The notes beneath the pieces are model-generated. The model searched no databases. It was not told where the DNA came from and saw only the letters and a list, made by a program, of their open reading frames with translations. Below are positions 48,566-59,012 of a stretch of DNA of 64,000 bases, in pieces (positions within the stretch are counted from its first letter, which is position 1; every line of letters begins with the position of its first letter). The stretch comes from an uncultured delta proteobacterium (GTDB lineage Bacteria; Myxococcota_A; Polyangia; Polyangiales; Houyiibacteriaceae): positions 192,001-256,000 of the forward strand of contig CAVOVB010000007.1 of the NCBI GenBank assembly GCA_963699755.1. The letters are read 5' to 3'. The position numbers and the translations under genes were made by a program.

Positions 48566-49417
48566 CTAGAACATGGGAAACGGCAGGGTTGGCTCCACTG
48601 CATTGAAATCCTGAATGATCTTTAGCGTCGTGACCACCGCTATCAACGAACAAAGATTCGCAGCGACCAGGCTCCAGCCCATGAGGCGGAGCCGACGCGC
48701 CGTCGGCTGAAGGGCAGCCATCAGGAGCACCACGACGGCCACCGGCACCGCCGCCGCGAGAACCCAGAGGCCGAGCCGGGACCCGTAGGGTGCGGCGACC
48801 CCGACGGCGATGACCAGCAAGCAGGCGAGAACCAGCAAGGCTCGCTTGAAACGGACGCGCCTCGAGTCCTCGTCGGTCTTGCCCTTGGTGCGGGCTATGG
48901 TCAGCCGCACCACGGCAGTCCCCAAAAGGGAGGTCGTCAGCCAAATCAACGCGACGGCGAGCGAGGCGGTGAGACCCAGGCCCGTGGAAAGGCCGATCGG
49001 AACTGCGATCGACGAGAGGGCCGCGGCCGCGAGGACTTCTCCAAACATGCTGCGTTCGAGCCCTTGAACGGCCAGCATCACGAGCAAGACGCCTAGCAGG
49101 AGGGGCGCGGCGACGGCGTATTGCACCGGCCTAGACGCAAGCACAAGCCCCGCGATGCCGGCACCCAAGGCAACGAGGCCGAAGACGAGCAGCGCGCGTT
49201 TGGCGCGATCGCTTTCTTCGCGCTGCATGCGGCTCCCCCGCTGCCCGGCTAAGACCAGAAGAGGCTCGTTCGCGAGGAACGCGCCGATCGCGCCGGTAGC
49301 CAGAAGCCAGGTCGAGGTCGTCGGCGCACCACCCAGAACCACGGAGACGATCGGGAAGAGCAGCTCCGCATAGGCGCCGTGCTCGCGCGGGACCATCCTG
49401 CGTTGTCCGGTGCTCAT
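48566..49417 (-). CDS. YwiC-like membrane protein
   Basis: N-terminal PREHGAY motif; multiple TM helices. Confidence 0.65.
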   Translation of the reverse strand: MSTGQRRMVPREHGAYAELLFPIVSVVLGGAPTTSTWLLATGAIGAFLANEPLLVLAGQRGSRMQREESDRAKRALLVFGLVALGAGIAGLVLASRPVQYAVAAPLLLGVLLVMLAVQGLERSMFGEVLAAAALSSIAVPIGLSTGLGLTASLAVALIWLTTSLLGTAVVRLTIARTKGKTDEDSRRVRFKRALLVLACLLVIAVGVAAPYGSRLGLWVLAAAVPVAVVVLLMAALQPTARRLRLMGWSLVAANLCSLIAVVTTLKIIQDFNAVEPTLPFPMF

Positions 49418-49483
49418 CGGTGTTGGAGATAGCACCCGCTGACCCACGATCCATCGTATTTTCTCGAGGCCTGACCGAGCGAT

Positions 49484-49498
49484 GCGCAATATCTGCGT
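49484..49498. promoter_or_regulatory. palindromic regulator site GCGCA-N5-TGCGT
   Basis: In divergent intergenic region upstream of cbb3 operon. Confidence 0.55.
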
Positions 49499-49580
49499 AT
49501 TCGGCTATAACTGAGCTTGCGCCGCGTCCCCAGGCTCTTCGCGGCGTGACCCTTTCGATGATCGACCCTACGGAAACGCC

Positions 49581-50309
49581 ATGTGGACAGCGGTAATCGC
49601 GGGGGCTGCCGCCGGCCTTGCATCGGTTCCCCATTGCACTGCGATGTGTGGGCCCCTGGCTGCATACGCGTGCAGTGGACAGCCTGGCGCGTCCGGACAA
49701 ACGCGCTATCAGCTCGGCCGCTTCGTAAGCTACTCGCTGCTCGGCGCCGTGGCCGGCGCAATTGGCGGTGTGACTGCGGTGAGCCTTCCTCAGGCATGGG
49801 GCAGCGCGCTCCTGAGCTGGTCGCTGGCTCTCGGTCTGGGCTTGGCGGCACTTCGCCTTTGGCGCCAACCCAGCCAACCGCTGGTCACCCTCCGGCGCAA
49901 GCGAGATGAGCCCACGCCTTCAGTCGTTTCCCGCGCCATCGGCGGCCTCGGACGCCATCCGTTTTTCGTTGGCCTCGGCACGGCCCTGCTTCCCTGCGGG
50001 GCCTTGGCGGCGGCGGTCTTGATCGCTGCATCGACCGGCTCCTTGGTCCTCGGCTCTCTGAGCATGTTCGCGTTCGCCCTGGTGAGCGGGGTCGGCCTGA
50101 TCGGTGCCACCTGGCTCTTCGAACGCTTTGCACGTCGGCCGCGACCGGCGACCTCGCGCATCCTCGCGCTCGTCCTCGGGCTCGGCGCGATTCTGTTCGT
50201 GATCCGGCCCGTGCATGCCTTGCGCACCGGAGATCCTTCCTCGTGCCATGCACCTGCAGGCGACGAGGCCGGCCACGAGGCGCATCATCAGCATTCCCAC
50301 TCACCGTGA
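49581..50309 (+). CDS. cbb3 oxidase biogenesis membrane protein (DsbD_2/TauE-like)
   Basis: HCTAMCGP, YQLGR..SY, LLPCG; His-rich tail. Confidence 0.85.
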   Translation: MWTAVIAGAAAGLASVPHCTAMCGPLAAYACSGQPGASGQTRYQLGRFVSYSLLGAVAGAIGGVTAVSLPQAWGSALLSWSLALGLGLAALRLWRQPSQPLVTLRRKRDEPTPSVVSRAIGGLGRHPFFVGLGTALLPCGALAAAVLIAASTGSLVLGSLSMFAFALVSGVGLIGATWLFERFARRPRPATSRILALVLGLGAILFVIRPVHALRTGDPSSCHAPAGDEAGHEAHHQHSHSP

Positions 50310-52702
50310 CCGCGCCGGAGCCAGTCGTCTGCGAAGTTCCTGCGGCGCACTCGATGCCGGCGGTGCCGCGCTGCGTTCACTGCGCGCAGCCGATGGTGAA
50401 CGAGAGCTTTGCACCATACTGCTGTCGCGGTTGCCGCGCCGTCCACGGGATCCTCACCAACGCCGGGCTGACGCGCTACTACGACCTGCGCCGCGGACCG
50501 GGCCTTCCTCCGGCAGATCTCGAGTCCCGCCGAATCGACCACAAATGGCTTGAGCTCATCGAAGAAGAGCGGGCCGGAGAGTCTGGGGTCAGCCGCGTCG
50601 CGCTCGACATTCAAGGAATCCACTGTGCTGCCTGCGTCTGGCTGATCGAGGAGCTCTTCAGACGCCATGGAGGCACACGAACCGGCCTCATGTCGATCAA
50701 CCCCGCGCTCGGCCGCGTCGAGCTCCGCGTCTCGCCGGAGTTTCCGCTTTCCGATTGGGTCGATTCGGTGGAGGACCTCGGATACCTTCTCGGCCCCGCC
50801 CGATCGACCGGCGCCAGGGCTTCGGACGACCTGCTCATGCGCGTCGGCATCTGTGCCGCGCTCGCGGCAAACGTGATGCTCTTTGGCGCTGCGATGTACC
50901 TGGGCCTTCGCGAAGGCCCGATCTACGAGCTGCTCAACCAGCTCAGCTACGCGGCCGGTGTCCTGGCGGTTCTCGTCGGAGGCTCGGTTTTCATCGGGTC
51001 TGCCTTCCGCGCGGTTCGGAGCCGCGTCCTGCACCTGGACGTGCCGATTGCGCTCGGCATCGTCCTCGCCTTCGCAGGCTCTACCTATTCATTCTTCTTT
51101 GCCTCCGGACAGGCCGCCTACATCGACACGCTGACCGTATTCGTGGCACTCATGCTGGTCGGCCGCTGGCTTCAGCAACGCATGCTCGAACGTAATCGCG
51201 CCCAACTTCTCGCCGACGACGGCACCGAGAGCTTGCTGACACGGGAGATCAAAGATGGGGTCGTGCGCATCGTGCATTGTATCGGTATCCAAAAGGGAGA
51301 CCGCTTGCTGATCGCGCCCGGCGATTTGGTTCCGGTGGATCTCCGTGTACTCGACCAGGCAGCGAGTTGCTCCCTCGACTGGATCGACGGGGAAAGTCGC
51401 CCGCGCCGCTTTGGCAATGGAGCTGTCGTCCCGGCCGGTGCCTTCAACGTCGGGGAGCGGGCGTTTTCTGGGATCGCAACGACCGACTTCGCCTCATCGT
51501 CGCTCGTGGGATTGCTCGGTCGGGACCCGGCTTCCAAGGGCGATGGTCCATTGGCCACACCTTGGTGGTCGCAGCTTTCGCGCTTCTACGTGCTTGGCGT
51601 CGTGACCCTTGCCGCGGCGGGAATCGGCTATTGGTGGTGGCGAACCGGGGAGCCGCTCTTCGCGATCGAGGTGGGCACGGCGGTCTTGGTCGTGACCTGC
51701 CCCTGCGCGTTCGGAATTGCCGCGCCCTTGGCCTACGAGCTCGTGCTCACCCAGCTGCGCCGCGCCGGCATCTTCGTGCGCGTCGGGGACTTCCTCGATC
51801 GGGTGCGCGGGGTGAAACACATCGTGTTCGACAAGACCGGAACGCTCACCACGGGCTCTCTGGAGGTCGCCAATCCTGTCGCCCTCGAAACACTATCGGA
51901 TGAGCAAATCACCCTCCTCTACAACATGGCAGCACGAAGCGCGCATCCAAAGAGCGTCGCCGTCCGGCGCGCCCTCGAAGGGCACCAGGCGGCACATTTC
52001 ATCGAGCTCGAGGTCGACGAGCAAACCGGGTATGGCACGAGCGCTAGGACCGACGGTCGAGAGCTGAGGCTGGGTTCACCCGACTGGGCCGCCAAGGTGG
52101 CTGCGGAAGACGGCGACGTGGTCTTCTCGATCGATGGCAAAGCCCTCGCCCTCCTCCGGAGCGACGAGCAACTGCGCCCCGGCGCCCGGGCGGAAATCGA
52201 CAAGCTCGTGGGCGACGGCTACGAGCTCGCGATCTTGAGCGGGGATTCGCCTTCGCGGGTCGTGAGCCTCGGCGCGAGCCTGGGCATGGCGGAGGAAATC
52301 TGCGTCGGCGGTCACAACCCCGAGCAAAAGGCGGCGTACGTCCGGGCGCACGACCCGGCACGGACTTTGCTCGTGGGCGACGGCTTGAACGACCAGGTTG
52401 CCATGCGAGAGGCCGCCTGCTCGGGCACACCTGCAGTGAATCGGCCGTTCATGGCTTCACGATGTGATTTTTACTTCGTGTCCCCGGGCTTGCACCCGGT
52501 GGCGCAAGTTTTGCGCGCGTCCGGCATGCTCGCGCATGTCGTGCGCCGGATCCTTGCCTTCGCAATTGCTTACAATCTGGTCGCCGTATCTCTCGCGTTG
52601 GCCGGTTTGATGCGGCCGTGGGTCGCAGCTGTGCTAATGCCGCTCAGCTCGCTGATCACGCTCGCGTACACGGTGATGATGTTGTCGCGAAAGAGGCTCT
52701 GA
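50306..52702 (+). CDS. ccoI: heavy-metal P1B-type ATPase, CcoI/FixI
   Basis: CVHC..CCRGC, IHCAAC, CPC, DKTGT, HP, GDGLND; start uncertain. Confidence 0.9.
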   Translation: MTAPEPVVCEVPAAHSMPAVPRCVHCAQPMVNESFAPYCCRGCRAVHGILTNAGLTRYYDLRRGPGLPPADLESRRIDHKWLELIEEERAGESGVSRVALDIQGIHCAACVWLIEELFRRHGGTRTGLMSINPALGRVELRVSPEFPLSDWVDSVEDLGYLLGPARSTGARASDDLLMRVGICAALAANVMLFGAAMYLGLREGPIYELLNQLSYAAGVLAVLVGGSVFIGSAFRAVRSRVLHLDVPIALGIVLAFAGSTYSFFFASGQAAYIDTLTVFVALMLVGRWLQQRMLERNRAQLLADDGTESLLTREIKDGVVRIVHCIGIQKGDRLLIAPGDLVPVDLRVLDQAASCSLDWIDGESRPRRFGNGAVVPAGAFNVGERAFSGIATTDFASSSLVGLLGRDPASKGDGPLATPWWSQLSRFYVLGVVTLAAAGIGYWWWRTGEPLFAIEVGTAVLVVTCPCAFGIAAPLAYELVLTQLRRAGIFVRVGDFLDRVRGVKHIVFDKTGTLTTGSLEVANPVALETLSDEQITLLYNMAARSAHPKSVAVRRALEGHQAAHFIELEVDEQTGYGTSARTDGRELRLGSPDWAAKVAAEDGDVVFSIDGKALALLRSDEQLRPGARAEIDKLVGDGYELAILSGDSPSRVVSLGASLGMAEEICVGGHNPEQKAAYVRAHDPARTLLVGDGLNDQVAMREAACSGTPAVNRPFMASRCDFYFVSPGLHPVAQVLRASGMLAHVVRRILAFAIAYNLVAVSLALAGLMRPWVAAVLMPLSSLITLAYTVMMLSRKRL

Positions 52703-52902
52703 TGGAGATCTTGATCTTACTGATTTTCATTTGCGTAATACTGGTTGGCGTCGCGGTAGCGTTCTTCGCGTGGACCGTGCGGCAAGGGACTTTCGATCAG
52801 GCCGATCGCCTTGCCCTGCTCCCGCTTGACGATGAAAAGCCCATGACCCCAACGACGGAGAGGGAAGAGGACGAGTATGGAAACCCAGCGGATCGTTTAT
52901 AA
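52702..52902 (+). CDS. ccoS: cbb3 oxidase maturation protein CcoS
   Basis: Single TM then [11 protein letters not shown]. Confidence 0.85.
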   Translation: MEILILLIFICVILVGVAVAFFAWTVRQGTFDQADRLALLPLDDEKPMTPTTEREEDEYGNPADRL

Positions 52903-55222
52903 CGACAAGGTCGTCCGCCAGTTCTTGTGGGCGTCGGTGCTGTTCGGCATCGTCGGCATGCTGGTGGGGATCGTCATCGCGCTGCAGTTGGCCTGGTGGC
53001 CGGCGAACCTGCCACCGTATTTGTCCTTCGGCCGTCTGCGGCCTTTGCACACCAACGCCGTCATCTTCGCGTTCGTAGGCAACATGCTCTTCGCGGGCAT
53101 CTACTATTCGACGCAGCGATTGGTCAAAGCGCGCCTCGCGTCGAACATCTTGTCGTCGATCCACTTCTGGGGCTGGCAGCTCATCATCGTCGCGGCGGCG
53201 ATCACCCTCCCACTCGGCATCACCGCGGCCAAGGAGTACGCAGAGCTCGAATGGCCGATCGACATTGCGATCGCCGTCATCTGGGTCGTCTTCGCGGTGA
53301 ACTTCTTTTGGACGCTCGCCAAGCGACGCGAGAAGCATTTGTACGTCGCGATCTGGTTCTACATCGCAACGATCATCACCGTTGCGGTGCTGCACATCGT
53401 AAACAGCTTCGAGATCCCGGTCAGCATCTTCAAGAGCTACTCGGTGTTCGCGGGCGTTCAAGATGCGCTCGTGCAGTGGTGGTACGGCCACAACGCGGTC
53501 GCCTTCTTCCTGACGACGCCGATTCTCGGCATCATGTATTACTTTCTTCCGAAGGCTGCCGAACGGCCGGTCTTCTCTTACCGGCTCTCGATCGTTCACT
53601 TCTGGGGCCTCGTCTTCATCTACATCTGGGCGGGCCCTCATCACTTGCTCTACACGGCCTTACCCGACTGGGCGCAGAGCCTCGGCATGGTCTTCAGCTT
53701 GATGCTCTGGGCGCCGAGCTGGGGCGGCATGTTGAATGGCCTCCTCACACTTCGGGGCGCATGGGATAAGCTCCGCACCGACCCCGTCCTGAAGTTCCTC
53801 GCCGCCGGCGTGACCTTCTACGGCATGAGCACCTTCGAAGGGCCGCTCCTCAGCATCAAGAGCGTCAGCGGCCTCGCCCACTACACCGACTGGATCATCG
53901 GTCACGTGCACAGCGGCGCCCTCGGCTGGAACGGCCTCATGGCAGCCGGCATGTTCTACTGGCTGGTTCCGAGGCTCTACGGCACGAAGCTTCGCTCCGT
54001 TTCGGCTGCGAATTTTCATTTCTGGATCGCGACCGTTGGCATCCTCATCTACGCCATTTCGATGTGGGTCGCCGGCATTACACAGGGCCTGATGTGGCGC
54101 GCGGTCAGTGAGACCGGCGGGCTTCTGTACCCGAATTTCGTGGAGACCTACCTCGCGATTCGGCCGATGTACTGGGCGCGCCTCATCGCGGGCCTCCTCT
54201 ACTTCGCAGGCATTGTCTTGATGGCCTGGAACCTCATCGCAACCGCTAGGAGCGGAGCCCCCGTGGACGGCGAGGTCGAAGTTGCAGTGGTCACCGAGCC
54301 TCGGGCCCGCGAGATCCCCTGGCCGAAGCTTCTCTTCGGTCAGCCGGTCATGGCGTCGATCATCGTCATGGCATTGCTCTTCGGGACAGCCCTCTTCGAC
54401 GGCTTGATCAGCACGATCCTCGCCGTCGCTGCGATCATGTGGGCAGTCGCGGCGATTGCCGTGTCGATCCGCAATCGCGCGGACGAGGAGGTTTCCTGGC
54501 ACCACGCAATCGAGGGCCGCGCCGGAATCTTCACCGTCCTGGTCGTCATCGGCATCTTGGTCGGCGGCGTTGCCGAGATCATTCCGATGATCATCTCCGT
54601 CCCCGAGACGATCCGCACCACGAAGAACGTTCCCTACACGCCGCTCGAGCTCGAAGGCCGCGATGTCTTCATTCGGGAAGGTTGCTACACCTGCCACTCG
54701 CAGATGATTCGCCCTTTCACCTGGGAAACCGCTCGCTATGGCGCGGTCTCTACGATGGACGACTCGATTTTCGACCACCCGTTTCAGTGGGGCTCCCGGC
54801 GCATCGGTCCGGACCTGTCGAGGGTCGGGGGCAAATATTCCGACAACTGGCACTACAAGCACATGATCAACCCGCGTGAGCTTTCGCAAGGCTCGAACAT
54901 GCCGCCCTACGCGCATCTCGCGACGGAAACGATCGACTTCGCTGGCACGCAGGTGAAGCTGCGCGCCATGCGGAACATCGGTGTTCCCTACCGGGCAGAT
55001 CAAATTCAGACGGCGGAACAGAGCGCGCAATCCGCGGCATCTGCGATTGCAGCAGGCCTGGCCAAGGACGAAGGCGTTGCCGTCTGCGACGAGCCAACCG
55101 AGGGCTGCGAGCTCGTAGTCAATAGCCGATTGGTCGCGCTCATCTCCTACCTGCAACGTTTGGGTCGTGTGCCCGAAAGCGAAGCCCTCGCCGCGGTCGA
55201 AGCGAAAGAGGTGGCGAAATGA
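52877..55222 (+). CDS. ccoNO: cbb3-type cytochrome c oxidase fused subunits I/II
   Basis: [21 protein letters not shown] in Cco[29 protein letters not shown] in CcoO; one ORF. Confidence 0.96.
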   Translation: METQRIVYNDKVVRQFLWASVLFGIVGMLVGIVIALQLAWWPANLPPYLSFGRLRPLHTNAVIFAFVGNMLFAGIYYSTQRLVKARLASNILSSIHFWGWQLIIVAAAITLPLGITAAKEYAELEWPIDIAIAVIWVVFAVNFFWTLAKRREKHLYVAIWFYIATIITVAVLHIVNSFEIPVSIFKSYSVFAGVQDALVQWWYGHNAVAFFLTTPILGIMYYFLPKAAERPVFSYRLSIVHFWGLVFIYIWAGPHHLLYTALPDWAQSLGMVFSLMLWAPSWGGMLNGLLTLRGAWDKLRTDPVLKFLAAGVTFYGMSTFEGPLLSIKSVSGLAHYTDWIIGHVHSGALGWNGLMAAGMFYWLVPRLYGTKLRSVSAANFHFWIATVGILIYAISMWVAGITQGLMWRAVSETGGLLYPNFVETYLAIRPMYWARLIAGLLYFAGIVLMAWNLIATARSGAPVDGEVEVAVVTEPRAREIPWPKLLFGQPVMASIIVMALLFGTALFDGLISTILAVAAIMWAVAAIAVSIRNRADEEVSWHHAIEGRAGIFTVLVVIGILVGGVAEIIPMIISVPETIRTTKNVPYTPLELEGRDVFIREGCYTCHSQMIRPFTWETARYGAVSTMDDSIFDHPFQWGSRRIGPDLSRVGGKYSDNWHYKHMINPRELSQGSNMPPYAHLATETIDFAGTQVKLRAMRNIGVPYRADQIQTAEQSAQSAASAIAAGLAKDEGVAVCDEPTEGCELVVNSRLVALISYLQRLGRVPESEALAAVEAKEVAK

Positions 55223-55404
55223 GTCGACTTGCCGCCGAATTCTTCGAACGAAGCCCCGTGCTGCTCTATCCGCTGCTCGCACTGGCTTTGTTCTTCATCG
55301 TGTTTCTTGTCGTCATCGTTAGCGTCATGCGGATGAAGAAATCCAAGGCGGACGAATACGCACGCATTCCGCTCCAAAAGGAGTCGGAGGTACCACATGA
55401 GTGA
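55219..55404 (+). CDS. ccoQ: cbb3 oxidase subunit CcoQ-like
   Basis: 61 aa, single TM, ARIPL; between ccoO and ccoP. Confidence 0.75.
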   Translation: MSRLAAEFFERSPVLLYPLLALALFFIVFLVVIVSVMRMKKSKADEYARIPLQKESEVPHE

Positions 55405-55969
55405 TGAAAAACGAACCGACGAGATCCAAGGCGAGATCCTGCACGTCTATGACGGCATCGAGGAAGCCGACAACAACCTGCCGATCTGGTGGCTGCTCAC
55501 ATTCTACGGGGCGGTCGCCTTCGGGCTGGTCTACTGGTTCAACTACCACGTGTACGACATTGGGAAGCTGCAACCCGAGATCTATGCCGATGCAGTGGCT
55601 GCCGCAGAAGCGGAGCGCAGCATCGTCACCGACGAGTCCCTCGACGCACTCTCGATGGACGCAACCGCGGTGGCCGCCGGTCAGGCAACCTTCATGGCGC
55701 AATGCGTCGCCTGCCACGATACGCAGGCTCAGGGACGCGTCGGCCTCGGCTCCAACCTCACCGACGAGTATTGGGTGCACGGAGGCGCGCCCACCGACAT
55801 CCACGCGATCGTCACCAACGGCATCGCGGAGAAAGGAATGCCTCCTTGGGCGCCTATCCTAGGCGAGCAAGGCGTGAACCAAGTCGTCGCCTATGTGCTG
55901 ACCCTGCGGAACACGAAGGTCGAGGGCGGCAAGCCTGTCGAAGAGAACGCAAAGCTCTGGGAACCCTGA
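55397..55969 (+). CDS. ccoP: cbb3 oxidase subunit III, short monoheme form
   Basis: HVYDGIEEADNNLPIWW, single CVACH, NLTD.YW.HGG, GMPPW. Confidence 0.92.
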   Translation: MSDEKRTDEIQGEILHVYDGIEEADNNLPIWWLLTFYGAVAFGLVYWFNYHVYDIGKLQPEIYADAVAAAEAERSIVTDESLDALSMDATAVAAGQATFMAQCVACHDTQAQGRVGLGSNLTDEYWVHGGAPTDIHAIVTNGIAEKGMPPWAPILGEQGVNQVVAYVLTLRNTKVEGGKPVEENAKLWEP

Positions 55970-56013
55970 GGCCAGCTTGCCGGATGGACTTCCGACCCTA
56001 AAGACAGCCGAGG

Positions 56014-57402
56014 ATGACCATAAAGCTGCCCGTCGTTGAAGAACCTGCAAGCTCATTGCGTTCCGACGGCAGTCGCAACTACGTGCATCCAGCCGATGTG
56101 AAAGGCCGGTTCACGCGCCTCCGATACACGATCTTCACAGTCCTGATCGCGATCTACGTTCTGTTGCCCTTCATCAAGATCGGAGGACACCCGGCGGTCT
56201 TTCTCGATATCGTAAACCGGCGTTTCTACTTGTTCGGTGCCGTGTTCAACGCGCAGGACTTCTGGCTCGTGTTCTTCCTGCTGAGCGGCGTGGGCCTGGC
56301 CCTTCTGATCGTCACTGCGGTCAAGGGGCGCTTATGGTGCGGCTACGCCTGCCCGCACACGGTCTTTCTCGAAGGGGTGTTTCGACGTATCGAGCGTCTG
56401 ATAGAAGGGCCGAGAGCCCAGCGGATGCGGCGCAACGCCGCCGGTCTCAGCTTCGACAAAGTCTGGCGCAAGCTGCTCAAGCACGCCGTGTACATCGTGC
56501 TAGCGCTTCTGCTCTCGCACGTGTTCGTCAGCTACTTCGTCTCACTTCCGTCGCTCCTCGAGATGGTGCAGAGCAGCCCCGCCGAGCATCCGACCGCCTT
56601 TACCTGGGTGGTCGTGATGTCGGCCATCCTCTATTTCAACTTCAGTTGGTTCCGCGAGCAGCTCTGTCTGATCATTTGTCCCTACGGCCGTCTCCAGTCG
56701 GCCATGACGGATCGAGACACGATGGTCATCGGCTACGACTTCAACCGAGGCGAACCGCGGGGCAAGGCCAGCGATCCGAGCAACGGCGACTGCGTGGACT
56801 GCAAACGCTGCGTCGTCGTCTGCCCGACCGGCATCGACATCCGCAATGGGCTGCAGATGGAATGCATCGGTTGTGCGGCTTGCGTCGACGCCTGCGATGA
56901 AATCATGACCAAAGTCGGCCGACCGGAGGGTCTGGTTCGCTACGACTCGCTCAATGGACTCGAAGGCAAGCCCAAACACTTCGGAAGGCCTCGCCTGTTC
57001 TTCTACGGGGGGATCGTCGCGCTTTGGCTGCTCGGCGCTACGCTTGCATTTTCGCAAAGCTCCGCGTTCGAAGCCAACGTGCTTCGCCTCGAGGGGGCCC
57101 CGTTCATGGTCGTCGATGGCAAGGTGCGGAACTCTCTGCGGGTGCATCTCGTCAACAAGACCGGCGACGAGCAGACCTTCATCATCGAGCCAGAGTCCGA
57201 AAGCGGCATCGAGTACATCATTCCTCAGAAGCGCATCGAGCTCGAATCGCTCGCCAGCACCTACCTGCCGATTCTCGCCATCCTTCCAGAAGACCAGATG
57301 AGCCCTGGCCTCGAATTGAAGCTCAGCATCTCCATGGAGGGCCGGGACGACCGGAAGGCCAGCCGTGTCGTCGGAGCGCCCTTCGTCGGGCCGAGCCGCT
57401 GA
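56014..57402 (+). CDS. ccoG: cbb3 accessory Fe-S protein CcoG/FixG
   Basis: GRLWCGYACP, CPYGRLQ, CVDCKRCVVVCP, CIGCAACVDAC. Confidence 0.95.
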   Translation: MTIKLPVVEEPASSLRSDGSRNYVHPADVKGRFTRLRYTIFTVLIAIYVLLPFIKIGGHPAVFLDIVNRRFYLFGAVFNAQDFWLVFFLLSGVGLALLIVTAVKGRLWCGYACPHTVFLEGVFRRIERLIEGPRAQRMRRNAAGLSFDKVWRKLLKHAVYIVLALLLSHVFVSYFVSLPSLLEMVQSSPAEHPTAFTWVVVMSAILYFNFSWFREQLCLIICPYGRLQSAMTDRDTMVIGYDFNRGEPRGKASDPSNGDCVDCKRCVVVCPTGIDIRNGLQMECIGCAACVDACDEIMTKVGRPEGLVRYDSLNGLEGKPKHFGRPRLFFYGGIVALWLLGATLAFSQSSAFEANVLRLEGAPFMVVDGKVRNSLRVHLVNKTGDEQTFIIEPESESGIEYIIPQKRIELESLASTYLPILAILPEDQMSPGLELKLSISMEGRDDRKASRVVGAPFVGPSR

Positions 57403-57412
57403 AGCCTCGGCG

Positions 57413-57823
57413 TCAGGGTACCGACATCACGATCGCGCCGCTCTTGTGGACGAGCTCGTGCGACACGCTTCCAAGCAAGGTTCGGGCGACTGCGCCCTTC
57501 CCAGTGGTACCGCAGATGATGAGCGGCGCGTCGATCTCACGAGCCAAGGCCACGACCGCGTCGGCTGGATGCCCGGCCACGGCATGACACTGGATTTGAA
57601 GGTCGTCCGCCCTGACGGTCCCACAGGTCCGCATCTCTAGCAGCTGGCGGAGGTCTTCGAGCTCGTTGCTCGCATTCGGGGCTTTGGTTTCGCTCGAGTC
57701 GAGCACCGTCACGATGTGGACCTCCGCATTGAGCTGACGGCCCATGAACACGCCGAGCTCGAAGGCTCGTCGCGCTGGGTCTGAAAAGTCGTACGCCACA
57801 ACCAAACGTGGAATCAATGACAC
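57413..57823 (-). CDS. universal stress protein
   Basis: VAYDFS, GTTGKG, LGSVS. Confidence 0.9.
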   Translation of the reverse strand: MSLIPRLVVAYDFSDPARRAFELGVFMGRQLNAEVHIVTVLDSSETKAPNASNELEDLRQLLEMRTCGTVRADDLQIQCHAVAGHPADAVVALAREIDAPLIICGTTGKGAVARTLLGSVSHELVHKSGAIVMSVP

Positions 57824-57826
57824 GGG

Positions 57827-58306
57827 CTACTCTCCATCCTTCGGCTTGTTGTCACATCGGCCGCGCACCACCAAGACGGGACAGGGTGCATGGCGGACGA
57901 CCCGTTCTGCGACACTTCCGAGGAACGCGCGGGACAGGCCGCTTCGACCATGAGAGCCGAGAATGAGGAGGTCGACCCCCTCGTCCTCGGCCATTTCGAC
58001 CAGGGCTCGACCCGGCGAAGGATGCTGAATCACGCTCAGCTCCACCTCCGGAACCCCTTGGAGCAGCTCGGCTGTCTTGCCCGTGAGAGTGTCGCGAATT
58101 GCATCCTCGATTTCGATTCGAATGCTCCGCTCGAGTAGGTCCGGGCGTGACCAGACCACGGGAGGAACGTTGGGCGTGGGGTCGAACACATGGGTGACGA
58201 GCACGCGGGATTTGAAGGTCTTGGCATAGAGGGCGGCAGCCCGAAGTGCCTCGTCCGAGATGTCGGAGAAATCGGTACCGACGAGAATGGTTTTTGGCTG
58301 GTCCAT
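57827..58306 (-). CDS. universal stress protein
   Basis: ILVGTDFS, GSHGRSG...LGSVAERVVRHAPCPVLVV. Confidence 0.93.
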   Translation of the reverse strand: MDQPKTILVGTDFSDISDEALRAAALYAKTFKSRVLVTHVFDPTPNVPPVVWSRPDLLERSIRIEIEDAIRDTLTGKTAELLQGVPEVELSVIQHPSPGRALVEMAEDEGVDLLILGSHGRSGLSRAFLGSVAERVVRHAPCPVLVVRGRCDNKPKDGE

Positions 58307-58333
58307 GATCGTACCCCTCGCTCTCAAGTCACT

Positions 58334-58350
58334 ATCAAGCTTCGTGCCAG
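58334..58350 (-). promoter_or_regulatory. sigma-54-like promoter (variant -12)
   Basis: CTGGCACG-AAGC-TTGAT upstream of USP genes. Confidence 0.5.
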
Positions 58351-58391
58351 ACGAGAGACACGGCTTTCGCGCAGTGAGCATAGCCAAAATG

Positions 58392-58435
58392 ACGCAGGTT
58401 CTGCGAATGTTTCCGATCGGGCGCAGAACTTGCGT
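58392..58435. promoter_or_regulatory. tandem CGCA-N5-TGCG sites
   Basis: ACGCA-ggttc-TGCGA (58392) and GCGCA-gaact-TGCGT (58421), 29 bp apart. Confidence 0.6.
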
Positions 58436-58464
58436 GCCGGCAGAGGAGAAATGCTGCTAAACCA

Positions 58465-58481
58465 TTGGCGCGGTCCTTGCA
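58465..58481 (+). promoter_or_regulatory. sigma-54 promoter
   Basis: TTGGCGCG-GTCC-TTGCA, correct -24/-12 spacing, upstream of hemerythrin gene. Confidence 0.75.
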
Positions 58482-58517
58482 CCGCCTCGAGCTAGCAATG
58501 CCGTACAGGAGGACGAG

Positions 58518-58979
58518 ATGAGCGACGAAGCCTTAATGCCTTCCGAAGTTCGTCGAAAGGTGCTGAGCCAGCACCGGGAAATCGAGCAGATGCTTTCCGA
58601 GCTCGAAGCAGGAGTTGCCAAGCTCGGTGAGGGGGGTGTCGATGCAGCTCAGGTCAAGCGCGCTGCATATGCCCTCCGCGGTATTCTCGAGCTCCATATG
58701 AACTTCGAGGAGGCTCACATGGTGCCTGCCATCGAAGAAGCCGACGGGTTCGGCCCGGAACGGGCCCGCCACCTACACGCCGAGCATGCTGAACAACGCC
58801 GAGAGCTCGACCTTCTGGTAGACGCAATCCGAGAAGCCAGCTCGACCGATGGCCTCGTTTTGAGCGTAACGAGGCTCAGCGAGATGTTGCGGGTCGACAT
58901 CGAGCAGGAAGAGCGCGAGTACGTGAACGAGAAGCTCCTTAGGGACCACCTCATCCCCAGCGACCCGTTCGGAGGCTAG
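58518..58979 (+). CDS. hemerythrin (HHE) domain protein
   Basis: QHREI, HMNFEE, HAEHAEQ; helical; AGGAGG RBS. Confidence 0.8.
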   Translation: MSDEALMPSEVRRKVLSQHREIEQMLSELEAGVAKLGEGGVDAAQVKRAAYALRGILELHMNFEEAHMVPAIEEADGFGPERARHLHAEHAEQRRELDLLVDAIREASSTDGLVLSVTRLSEMLRVDIEQEEREYVNEKLLRDHLIPSDPFGG

Positions 58980-59012
58980 CCAGCCCCCGATCGAGAGGAC
59001 GGAACACGCCAA

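Noticed and set aside
49418..49580. FNR box upstream of the cbb3 operon
   Set aside because: No TTGAT-N4-ATCAA match seen
53660..55282. 540-aa minus-strand ORF (and similar long antisense ORFs such as 33035-34525, 15769-17061, 43365-44555)
   Set aside because: Shadows of well-supported genes, expected in high-GC DNA
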